A DNA stretch of 64,000 nt, from NCBI GenBank assembly GCA_000182565.2, contig KQ257464.1; one strand, written 5' to 3'. Positions within the stretch are counted from its first letter, which is position 1, and every line of letters starts with the position of its first letter. Below, piece by piece: positions 34,102 to 44,872 of the stretch. This DNA is from Spizellomyces punctatus DAOM BR117. Its lineage: Eukaryota. Position numbers and translations under genes: made by a program. The notes under the pieces were generated by a model. It was given only the letters and a program-made list of their open reading frames with translations. It had not been told where the DNA came from and did no database searches.

Positions 34102-35115
34102 CCACGGGCGGTTATTTCAAGTTGAGAAGCGACACTCCCTCTACGAAAGGTGACTACACTATCTCCTACAACAACTCCGGAGACACCCTTCATGTCCACC
34201 TCGCCGGCTCATCTGATAGTGTAGACCAATGTCATTATGAATTCGGTCATTATTCCAGTGATATCTTTGGAACATGGAATAGCCGATTCTCTGTCAACAC
34301 ATACAATGGAGACCTCATCTCGTCCAGTAATCTAACTATTGGTTCGCCACTTAATGGGTTATGGGCTATTATTCTTAAAAATCTCGACCCAGGGACCAAC
34401 GCTTGCTCTATTCAGTACTTCCAGAATGCTATTGGTTCTGCTGTTATGTTTCTAAATGGAAACAATAGGAGCGTTGATGGAGGCGCATCGACATTTACGG
34501 TGAGGAATGATGCAGGTTCAGTGCAACTGCAAGCGCAGGGAGCAAAGGGTTATCGCATCGTTGACAGGAAATGTCATTGTTGAAATCACCACTCCAGCTT
34601 TATCGAGTACAACTGGTGCATTGGTGGTGTATGGAGGTGTTGCTGTTGGAGCCCATGTAGTGGCAGGAGGGAATCTTTATAGCAATGGCCCAGTTTACTC
34701 GAATGGTCAGGTTTGTGCTACTCAACCATGGGTTGCCAGTCAAACATTTCTTAGAAATGTTCAAGTTTTCAAACTTTTGACTAAAGACATGTGGCAATCC
34801 AACAATGCCTCGAAGGTCTTCTATGTTTCAACACCTGGCAAGGTACTTATGGAGTGGATGCTCAACCTCCATGGCACAGCAAACTCAAATGGTACATTGT
34901 CAATATTTCTCGGCCAAAGCGCTGGGTCGATGCCTCTCGTGTACTCGAGCGACTTTAACTTTAATTCGGGGGTCAATCGTACAATCACTGCAGCCTTCAT
35001 TGTTACAGGGATGGCCAATAACGTTGCCTACTTCACAAATTTTAGTATCAGTCAGGCTGCTCCTGATACCACCACAGATGTTACCCTTATTAAAATCACT
35101 GAACTCGGACAATAG
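34102..35115 (+). pseudogene. Outer fibre gene, 3' part (frameshift near 34550)
   Basis: Removing the LTR element gives KVLIASSTGGYFKLRSD, matching KVLIAASTGGYFKLRSD of the inner fibre. Same C-terminus ...KITELGQ*. Confidence 0.9.
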
Positions 35116-35168
35116 ATTACACGCACTATTGCTATTATTAAAAATTGAGGAAGCTATACAAAGATAGA

Positions 35169-35483
35169 ATGCAATGTGTGGACGTTCTAGGTCATTCAGT
35201 CTTCAATATCAAAGACGCCGTGAAGGGTGACATCGATAACTTCTGGAGATATTGTCAAGGTATGCTGACAGGAGATAAAAAATGTATCATATTGTATCTT
35301 CCGAAAACAGACCAGAACGAACACATCTTCAAAGATATTATGTCAATCATTCACTTGAAGAAACTGGATGAAATCTGTTTTCGAAATTCTGGCTACTTGG
35401 CCATTCTGCAGGATTGTGTTCTCTTAGGACACAATCATAATGAAAGGCTCTTTGTTCTAGAAATGCAGATGGAAAGTGCATGA
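35169..35483 (+). CDS. Viral hypothetical protein (104 aa)
   Basis: Intronless ORF directly after the fibre gene. Confidence 0.4.
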   Translation: MQCVDVLGHSVFNIKDAVKGDIDNFWRYCQGMLTGDKKCIILYLPKTDQNEHIFKDIMSIIHLKKLDEICFRNSGYLAILQDCVLLGHNHNERLFVLEMQMESA

Positions 35484-36521
35484 ACATGGCTTCCCTTTTT
35501 TTTCTCTATAAAAGATGGGGATGCAGATGGAGAACTGTATCCCCATTGGGTCATACAGTCCTTTCCTTTTCATGGCTTCTTTCATTGGACTGACCACAAA
35601 AAGAAACAAAAAAGAAACCACATGCATCTGAAACACAGATGCCAACACAGCTTTTCGACGATGAGGAGTAACGAATCCCTCAAGCCCACCTAGCCAGTTT
35701 AACCCATTTTTTATAAGCTTTTTCATTTTCGATTTCAATTTACTTTTCTCAAAAAGTTTTTTCATTTTGATATTACACATATATCCTAAAAAAAGTGGAT
35801 AGATTGGCTAGGATACATAAGGAGAGAGAAAACACTTACATCTATGAAAATGTTTAATTCTAAACCACCTACATGAATGTAGACAAGAGAAGTCTAGCAG
35901 ATGAGAAAATAGGATAAACTAGGACACGAGAGGATGGCAGCTAATAAGACTTGGTCCATGCAGGATGGCAGTTTTGCACCTACATACCCATTGTTCACAT
36001 TTAGGAAAAAGGCACATTCAAACAGATAAGAGTAACCAGGCTTTTTCCTTATGAAACCACTGTTGTCAAAAAAATAGGCCTAGCTTGTCCTATTTTTTTG
36101 TCTGCTAGACTCCTTTTGTCTACATTCATGTAGGGAGTAAAGAAACACATTTATATATATATGGAAGAAAAAAACACTCCATATATATTCTAGCCACTCT
36201 AACCACTAATTTAGGGGTAATGTGTAATATCAAATGAAAAAAACATTTTGAAAAAAGTAAAATTGAAATTGAAAATGAAGAAGCTTGTAAAAACAGTGTT
36301 AAAATGGCTAGGTGGGCTTGAGGGAAGATGGCATCCCACTTTGTCAATGAGAGATTGAACATGTTATATTGATAGGATGAGAGAACATCTATTGAACCAT
36401 TTTATCGATAAGATGGGAGAGTTCCTTTTCCATTTATAAAAGAGGGTCGCCAGTCTCCCCCCAGTCCCTCCCCAGCTCGAAGCCTTCTTTTCAAAAATGA
36501 TTCCATATACAACAATTAACA

Positions 36522-36725
36522 ATGGACTATGCAAATGATTGTGTGCTGGTGCCGAGATGGATATTGGAATGGTTGCTTTCAGGGAACAATGGACACCAAA
36601 GTCTAGAGCAAATCTGCATGGATTGTGGAAGGAGGTTTCAATTGCGAAGAATTGGACAGAAAGGATACAAGTTTCGATGCTATCCTTGTTGGAAGAGATA
36701 TGTGGAGAGACGAGTCCACAGATGA
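36522..36725 (+). CDS. Small CxxC...CxxC zinc-ribbon-like protein
   Basis: 67 aa, CMDC...CYPC, with an A-rich leader. Confidence 0.4.
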   Translation: MDYANDCVLVPRWILEWLLSGNNGHQSLEQICMDCGRRFQLRRIGQKGYKFRCYPCWKRYVERRVHR

Positions 36726-36931
36726 GTCCACAAGCTATGATGTCGAAGGCTGAGAGATGGAGTCCCAAGATGAAGTGATATCATGGAGTCTTGAGAAGAA
36801 GCAAATGTCAAGTTAGAACCAGTGTTGACTTTGAATTAGGTGGAGTTTGGACACGTGAAATATTAGATGCATAAAATTTTATGTGTAAGTGCACTATACT
36901 GCATATCATCCCTTCATCAATAGTCCCGGAC

Positions 36932-37043
36932 TTGGACAAACACCTTGGATGACTCGAAACACTTTGAAACACTCCAATGCATTGGGCAAACACCTTGGAA
37001 GACTCAAAACACTTTGAAACACTCCAATGCATTGGCAAAACAC
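36932..37043. repeat. 50-bp tandem repeat (about 2.2 copies)
   Basis: TTGGACAAACACCTTGGATGACTCGAAACACTTTGAAACACTCCAATGCA-like units at 36932 and 36982, partial at 37032. Confidence 0.9.
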
Positions 37044-37048
37044 TTCTG

Positions 37049-37278
37049 TACTATGGGTTTTGCAACATACCTCCGTACTATGGGTTTTGCAACATACCTC
37101 CATACTATGGGTTTTGCAACATACCTCCATACTATGGGTTTTGCAACATACCTCCATACTATGGGTTTTGCAACATACCTCTGTACTATGGGTTTTGCGA
37201 CATACCTCCGTACTATGGGTTTTGCAACATACCTCTGTACTATGGGTTTTGCGACATACCTCCATACTATGGGTTTTG
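37049..37278. repeat. 27-bp tandem repeat (8.5 copies)
   Basis: TACTATGGGTTTTGC(A/G)ACATACCTC(CG/CA/TG); variants occur only at CpG positions. Confidence 0.95.
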
Positions 37279-37303
37279 GTACAGCGATGTTGACTATGGG
37301 CAC

Positions 37304-37351
37304 TGTGGTAGTGCATGCCTGTGGTATATACCACAGGCATGCACTACCACA
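37304..37351. repeat. Perfect 48-bp palindrome at the inferred right terminus of the outer element
   Basis: TGTGGTAGTGCATGCCTGTGGTAT|ATACCACAGGCATGCACTACCACA. Confidence 0.95.
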
Positions 37352-40300
37352 TCATTGGCTAGGATGATGAGAGGTTTCCTGTATGCAATGACTCGGAAAT
37401 AGGTGCAGAAAGTCGGGTATTCTCCTCTGTGGCCTCTGAGGGAAGTTTCGAGGCATACTGTCTTGGTAGATGAGATACATCCACCAATGCCATTGAAAGC
37501 CATCATTTCCGCATCCTGCAAATTGGTTTCAGAGAACAGAAGGCCCTGGTACATGTCGGAAACCAGAGACTTGCAGGCTCCTGTGTCTAGTACCACAGGT
37601 GCCCAGAGCTGAGCGATGATGCCTAGCGTCCAGCAAGGCTGTGTTTGGGTCTTGGTCTCGCTTTTGAGTACATTGCCTAAATCTACTGAGTAGAAGGCAT
37701 TGATGGAAGGCACCGCGACCTCGAAATGGGGCACGATGTCGTTAATTGTTGCTTCCATAGCCTTGATCACACTCTCAAAGTGCTCTCTAGATTTGTCATT
37801 TTGTGGTTTTGTTGTTTTATTCTGGCGAGCAACTTGTTCAATAGCCAGCATGACTATATGCATCCGTTCGCTCTCTTTGTGTCTTTGGAGATGTGGATGG
37901 TCTTTAATGTGCAGAAATTTGGGGTTTCCGCAATGATAATAATAGTCTGAGTGAACGATATTGCCTGTCAGGAGAAATGCCACCAGTTGCAGGTTGGCAT
38001 AAGAATCAAAGATAACAGGATCTTCAGAGCTCCACATCAAGAATTTCTCATGCTCATCAAGCCTTATCCAGGCAAGGAGGATCAAACGAGGGGTACCATC
38101 TTCTCGGACCTTTCGCAGGATTTGATCCTTGTCAGCTTCAGCTGTGGCAGTGATGTAGAGGTGGTGGGAACTCCATGCGACTGTGTAGGGGTTGTTCCCG
38201 AGGTGCCCGGTGCCTTGCTTTGGTTCTTTGGCGAAGAAGCTGAGTGTGCGGGGGTTGTTGCCCATCATCAGAGCCACTTGCGGGGTGCCCCAGATGATGG
38301 CTATGTTGTCCCAGACTCGGTCCCAGCCCTGCGTGGGTGTGCAGGGGTCCTCTTCCTTAGTCTCCATGACCTCAGAAAGAGGTGCAGTCATCAAAATTGT
38401 TGATTCCGAGTGCTTGGGTGAATGAAAGAATCCAATGGTGTGGAATCCTTGATTAGCGGCGGCTGTCCTTTCCAGTTCCGAAGCTGAAAAAAGAGTCTTG
38501 GTGGTAGTGGATGTCAAGTCCAGCTCCACTATGTAAGACTTCTTGGACTCCTGTTTGGGTTTCCAACCTGCGGGCATGGGTGCTCCATATGGTCCTTTCT
38601 TTCCATCTTCAGGATCTTTTCGGTTCGGGTTCTGCCAGCAGAAAACATTCCAATGCCTTTTCTGACAGAATTTGCAGGGTGCCGGGGGTTCCTTGTTGGG
38701 GTCCGGAACCATCTTCTGAGGACCATTGCGACCCTTTTTGGGGTTTCCGGTTTTATGTTGAGCCATCTGCTTAGGGCCTCTGTCAGTTCTGGTCTTTTGT
38801 GACTTCTTCTGAGCTTCTGCAGCACCGCTGTAGCAGGGGTCTCATCTTCTGGTGTCATCAGAGCCGAAATAAAGGCGCAGGAAGTCTTTTAATTTGGTCA
38901 GGTTCATGACGTTACAGGATTTGACCATGATTTGGATGTCGCTGGGCAATTGTTCAACTATTAGGTCGAAATGCTGGTCAGCGGGACATTCTATGTTTGC
39001 CCGGTCGCCATAAGTGAGGCGCCGGAGATGAGTTTTGTGGTCGATGAATGCAAGAAAGCTGCGAAATTCTTTGGGGTTTGCATGACAGCGCACATATTCA
39101 GCTTTGCGCTTGGACTTGGTTAGGGGGTCTCAGAACTCTTGAAGCAGTTCTTCCTTCCACCTTTTCCAGGTCCACGAGCGAGTTTCCTGGGCTTCCAGAG
39201 TGTAAAACCAGGCATTGGCAGGGGTTTTCTCAGCTATCATGGCTGGTAGGAGCTGTACCATCCTGGCATCTGATGTTGCGCTAACATTTTGAAGAAGTTG
39301 GACTTTGTTAAGCCATTCTTCAACGTCTTGGTTTCTTTTGCCCATAAACTCAGGCACGTCCTTTGCTTTCAAGGAATTGACCTTGGTGTCACTGGCCCAC
39401 GGGGCCACTGGCACTTGGATTGGAGGCACTGCACCTGAAAAACTTGGTTTGGTATGCTCCCTGGGTGTGTCCGACATTTCCCACAGGGTTGTGGACCATT
39501 CTCTTGTAGCTCATGCTATGAGAGGTTGTTCAGGCAGCAGGTGATGTGCTAGGGCTTCTAAGGCTCGTGCAAGGCACTCATCTGCCGCTGTCTGACATTT
39601 GGAAAGCCTATGAAGCTGTTCCATAAGATTTTGAGTTGCCAACTGCATTGCAGCAGTCGAGCGGGCAATGTCTTCTTTTAATGCTGCCACTTCAGAGGCC
39701 ATCATGGCCAAGTTAGGGGCTTCTGGTTTGACGGAAGTGGTCCCTGAATGCCTTGGGCATGTTGCGGGAGGGACTTTGACGTCCTCTGCAGGACCCTGAC
39801 TATGAGTCTGGATCACAGGTGAGCGGCCTCACGTTGGTGAGTGTTTGACTGGCATCATTCTCAGTTTCATGAAGTTCTGTCTCCGAAACAAGAGAAAAAG
39901 TTTCCAAGTAGCTACCTGAGCAGATCTCAGTTTGCGCAAGAGTTTCAGTACAACCGAATAAGGTTTTCAGCTGAATTTGAGAGGGGAAGGTGGTTCATCA
40001 TGCTTCTCCACCATGTAATGGATTTTTTGTAGGTAGACTATGGTAAAGACAACTTGGGTCTCCTAGCAGGTTATGTGGGTGTCCATACTAGGAATCGTAG
40101 TCTCCGAATCCTTTCTTTGGGCATTGGTAGCGAATTGGGGGCGAGAGGCAAGGAGAGTCAGTTAGTTGTGAACCGAGCAGGATTTAGAGGCTTCAGTGCA
40201 GGTGATCAGGCTGTTGAAGCGCTCTGTTAGGTTCCTGGTAACCTAAGATTGGAGTTGAGAAGCTAGTTGTGGGGATTTAGTGTTGCTACGGCTTCTGCCT

Positions 40301-40585
40301 GCTGACTTATTTTATTGAATTTGTCTTTTTATACAAGAATATGCTACGGTAATGTCTACACTAGTTTCTGTAGCCTTCATTAGGGTGGCGGCATCCGATC
40401 TTCCCATCTCGGACCATTGCCATGATCGATCATGGCTGCATAATGTATCCTTCATGCTGCGCTGGTGTAGCCCAGAACCGAGCTTGATCTTAGGGGTTTC
40501 AAAGCTTAGGTTACAATTGCGGAAACCTCAATCATGGTCACCTGATGCCTTTGAGCGAACCGGTTTATCAGAGTCATTTGCTACA
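37352..40585 (-). mobile_element. Older degenerate Gypsy copy (Gypsy-A): 5' LTR, PBS and gag-protease, cut off at 37352
   Basis: 37352-~40340 is the reverse complement of ~10290-13277 with many CpG transitions and stops. PBS TGGTGGAGAAGC runs downward from 40013; gag ATG at 39858. Confidence 0.9.
40014..40585 (-). repeat. 5' LTR of Gypsy-A (about 572 bp; distal part differs from Gypsy-B)
   Basis: 40014-~40340 matches the Gypsy-B LTR from the TATA box on. The minus strand starts TGTAGC at 40585, exactly where Fanzor coding sequence begins. Confidence 0.65.
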
Positions 40586-41778
40586 CAATGTCCTTCTTGC
40601 CTGCTTACTGTCAGTTGTCAAGACTATATGAAAAGCATGGATTTCGATGGTTCAGCGCCATCCCACTTCGCCGCTCCCTCATCCAAAGCCATATCCGCAT
40701 CGACATGGTCATCCTGTACCAGCATATTCTTTGCATCATGCGACAAGAAGCAGAAACTGTTGAAAAGGTCGATTTATGGTTGCACATCTGTAATCTGCAG
40801 AACAAGGCTTTTAGATCTCATCGTGGAATGTGTTTTGAAGGCTCGATCATGATGGATGGTACCTCGGTGTCAGTTTACTTGAAACATCCTGAAGCTGACA
40901 AGTATGGAAAGTGCGGCGGTGGGAAAAAGTCGGCAAAGACCTTAGAAGCTGAGGTGAAGGCAGTATATGTGGAGAACAACTTGCCTGCTTGTCGAGCAGC
41001 AGAGAACTTTGTCATTATCGACACAAACAAGCATGATCTTCTCTACTGCCAAGACAGCAATGGTATGACATTCCACTACACCACCAACCAGTGAGCCGTG
41101 GAGACAGGTAGCTGGCGATTTGCAAAGAGACGAGAAGCAATGAAAGCCGGCAGCATTGATCTCATAGAATCACATATCCCAAGCCACAAGATGATGAATC
41201 TCATGGACTTTACTCGCTACCTTCTCATTCGCTGCGCTGATTGGGATTGTCGCAAGGAGTTCTACTCCCACCCTGCCCACATGCAATGGAAGTGGCATGC
41301 ATTTATAAACTGTCAGAAGAACGAATCAGACCTCATAAGTGCCATGCACAACAAATACAGTGAAAACTTTACTGTTGTGATGGGTGATTGGAGCGACGCT
41401 GGTCAAACTGTGAGATTTCAGACCTCATCAAAGACAAAAGGTTGGTGCACCCTCTTTAAGCAGAACAGGATCAACTGCTTCCTTCTCGACAAGTACAAGA
41501 CCTCATCTGTCTGCCCTCACTGTTCCTCTGACATTGAAAAAGGCTTCAAAACATGACCTCATTCAAAACCTTGGCACCGTCACGAAGGCAAGATTGAAAA
41601 AGTCCACAGATTGCTGGGTTGTACCAACCCTAACTGTTTGCAGCAAGCCTGGACAATGCGCTACTGGAATCGAGATATGCTGAGCACCTGCAATATGCTA
41701 ATGATTGTGAGATCAATGTTGGATGGACACGGTAGACCAGAGGTGTTCAGCAGGAGGAGTGTTCCAGCGGTAGCGTAG
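40586..41778 (+). pseudogene. Fanzor1: Fanzor1 (TnpB-family RNA-guided RuvC nuclease), C-terminal ~400 codons, inactivated
   Basis: RuvC-I VIID(T)NK, GDWS, RuvC-II LLD(K)YKTSSVCPHC, CTNPNC zinc finger, RuvC-III WNRD...CN...RPEVF. One frame with TGA stops at 41092 and 41554. Confidence 0.9.
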
Positions 41779-41850
41779 CGTAGATTAGTTAGATTAAGGT
41801 TTCCGAACCGGTTGTCGCGCGGTTCAATCCCTGGTGTGGAGGCACTGACA
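41779..41850 (+). ncRNA. Fanzor omegaRNA scaffold remnant
   Basis: GGTTTCCGAACCGGTTGTCGCGCGGTTCAATCCCTGGTG directly after the stop codon, with stem GAACCG/CGGTTC. Resembles the SpuFz omegaRNA 5' half as recalled; the 3' half appears absent. Confidence 0.6.
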
Positions 41851-42153
41851 TTTGTTTTTGCTAATACACTAAGCATACCATTAACTTCGAACAATCCATG
41901 CCGTTATCTGAACCCATGCAGCCTAGATACTTTGACATACACGATTGTGACGTAATCAAATGGCTTTACAAAACATACATAGTAAAAAACGATATGGAAC
42001 ACTATTTTACAAATCAACCTCCCAACCGAATCACTCTAATTCCTACATGGCATGTAACATCCGAGTCCATCTTCAATTTCTAACCACCATTACATCTATA
42101 GACAAGGTAGCATTCCGTATCAGCCTCGTCGAAATCCAACTACTTGACTTCCC

Positions 42154-43900
42154 TTATCGGTAACCATTGTCATCCCGTCGATACCGATCACTCGGCATCC
42201 TTGGCGGCGGTTGACTGTACTCACTGCCACCTCCGCCATAATTTGAGCCACTATCCGAATATTGCGCCACAAAGCCACTATAGTCAGATTCTACAGTCGA
42301 GTCGCGCGGTCGTTGAGGTGGGGGCTGCTGGTAACCGTAGGCTGACCGCATGCCAGCCTGGCTACCGTAATTTGATTGACCATCATAATCATACGACATG
42401 GGAGGTGGACTCGCTACCATTCTCATATCGGGTACTCCCGGTGGCGTGGCACGACCGCTCGGGTGAACCAGGGCACGAACATACGGATTCGGAAGCGGTG
42501 GTTGCGGCCCATAGCCACTACCGCCGTACGCAGATCCAGGCCCCGTCGGATAGTATTCTGACCCAGGTCCGTAAAGGGCCGCAGTTTCCCTGCCATAGTT
42601 ATTGTCCTCGTAATATGCATACTGTTCGGCTGGCTGGCTTATCAAGTCTACATCGACACTTGGTAGTGTAGGTGCGGGACGGGAGCTCTTTCCATACTTT
42701 GCAATCTCTTTGAGCTCCTTCTTTCGCGCCTGCTCTGCTCGTTTTCTCGACTTTTTGCGCAAGACTTCCGCGATACTAAATTTGTTCACTGTCAATAGGA
42801 CAATTCTCGAAAAACAAACACGCATGAATTCCCTACCGTTTGTCGACCTTGTGACAACAATATTCTTTTAAATTGCCTCGAATATTGAACAATAGAGGAA
42901 CATATATGAAGAAGGCAGCCACAAGTTGAATCGCCGAAATACCCCAAATGGCCACCGTAAGCGTCGAAAGCCAAATTTGGGCGGCTGGAACCTTTTGTGG
43001 CTGATTGATCATCAAATATCCCGCTGCTTCGAAGACATTGACGTCCGTCGGGGCATTACACAAGCCTCCTGATGATGTCGTATTAATGCTTGGTGCCCCG
43101 TTACTATCGGTTAAACAGAACCCTGGCGGATTGTTTCTCGGGCCGCCCGGTGGAGGATTATTCATGGTATCCTTGTACACGTCAAAGAGGAGGAAAAAGT
43201 TGAGTAGCTGACGTGGGAAGTCGGCAAGGAAAAGACGTTTCCATCCTAGCAAGAGAGCGATGATGAATACGACTTCAAAGCACATCTGCGAGAGCCGAAA
43301 CACACCTCTAAAGGTGAAGAACACCCAGAAAGCCAGTCGATCAATCGGCTTCCTAGATCCCTCGATTTTGTCAAACAAGCAAAAGTGCGGATATGATCGG
43401 ATGACATAGTATCTGTAGTTGACAAAAGCACCATCAGTATTTGAGTTCTACAAATCCAACCTGGGACAATGAATCACATACCGATAGGCCACAGTATTGG
43501 TAAAAGCGTAAGAAATGTCCCGAGACTTGACAATCGCCATGGCTTTTTTCCATTCAACGACCAATAAAACGTACGATAAAACTACAGTGGCCATGATGAG
43601 CCAAAAGCGGACTTGATTCGACAACGGCAGCGTGGACTCTTTGGTGGAATTTTCGTTCCCAACCAGCTGTTGCGGACTGACTTTGTCCAGCCCCTTGTCC
43701 ACAGCGGTGATGATGAGCAACAAAACGACACCCAAATCGGCCATGTATACAAGGACAGACTTGAGTGTCATGACAAAAACCCATATGTACTCTAGTTGAG
43801 TAAAGCATGAGTTGTCCACAAAGTCCTCCACATCAATGAGGTCAAATTTGTGGTCTTCAATGTGCTCTCGCTTCCATTTTGCGGCGCCGCAACAAGACAT
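42154..43900 (-). CDS. KCH1: KCH-family fungal potassium channel/transporter (spliced)
   Basis: MSCCGAAKWKREHIEDHKFDLIDVEDF, DRLAFWVFFTFRG, LADFPRQLLN, IRGNLKEYCCHKVDKR; GT-AG introns. Confidence 0.8.
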
Positions 43901-44872
43901 TCTGCGTCAACGTCTCAAGGATAAACCGGGCCGGGCTCGTCCACACGGCGACTGGAGGAGAGGGGAAAGGGCACAAGCGGCCGCGTGTATGAGAGTCGGT
44001 GTGCAGAACCGGGTGAAGTTGACGCTGTCGAAGAAGATACGTGTTGGGAGTTTGCCAAAATGCAAAAAGTGTAGGTGATGTCCAATGGCGAAATCAACGA
44101 CCTAGCATTTCCAATGTAAACGAGGCGCTGACAGCTCGTTCAAACGGACGGCCGCTTTTTCCCAACCTTTTTCCCCAACCTGGCCGCAAATCGGATAGAA
44201 TGCATTGGAATGGCTTGTACAATGTGGATTGCATTTTATATTTGGCATTTTTGGAGACTTGGCACCAAAGCCATATGCGCAAAAGATGCTTGTTTGATCT
44301 TGTTTGATTTCTGTAGCAAGTCTTCTGATCACCCTCCAAATGCCATTCAACAATTCTTGATGCAAGAAACCAACGGACGGCTGCAACTCTTTTTTTTGTT
44401 TTCTTGCTGGCTGTCGGCTTCCCCAAAGGCCCTTGACGAGCTTTTTGCCGGTTGAATGCGTGGCCATATTGCCGTTTGAAACTAGGTTTCATAAAGTGAC
44501 TTTCCAAGAATGTCCCTTCCATACAAGAACCTTGGAGATGGCCTTTTTTACCCCATCCGCCATTGCAAACAGTCTCCGAACAATGTCTCCAATCCGTCCA
44601 GTCCTTTAAGCAAGTGCGCCATGCAGGGCTTTAAACCCTTTGCCCAAAACGTCCCCCACATTGTGGTTTCCGGATGGGGGCGACAGGTTGGTCACGCGGG
44701 TCACAAGACTGTTATCTGTCCATAAATGGTCATATTGTTGCATTTACCGGCAGAATTGGCCCAAAACAGCCGGTCGCAGATGTTGAATAAAACTCGCCGA
44801 AGATGCCCATCCGTCCATCGTGCCTAGCCAGTTCTGTTCCTAAAGGTCCGCGATACATTGCGACAAGTCAAT

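Larger units (their letters stand above)
1..37351 (+). mobile_element. Outer endogenous Polinton-like virus (left end outside window), split by the Gypsy insertion at 10016-34097
   Basis: Intronless AT-rich cassette with capsid-like gene, HNH-AP2 gene and fibre gene. The fibre frame resumes at 34102 after the TCCT TSD. The right end is inferred at ...CCACA 37351, where Gypsy-A sequence begins abruptly. Confidence 0.75.

Noticed and set aside
37049-37278. CRISPR-like array
   Set aside because: Units are head-to-tail with no unique spacers, and there are no cas genes.
36906-37402. Repeat-protein ORFs (YYGFCNIPP, VAKPIVWRY, etc.)
   Set aside because: Open in several frames only because the 27-bp unit lacks stops; variation follows CpG decay rather than codon structure.
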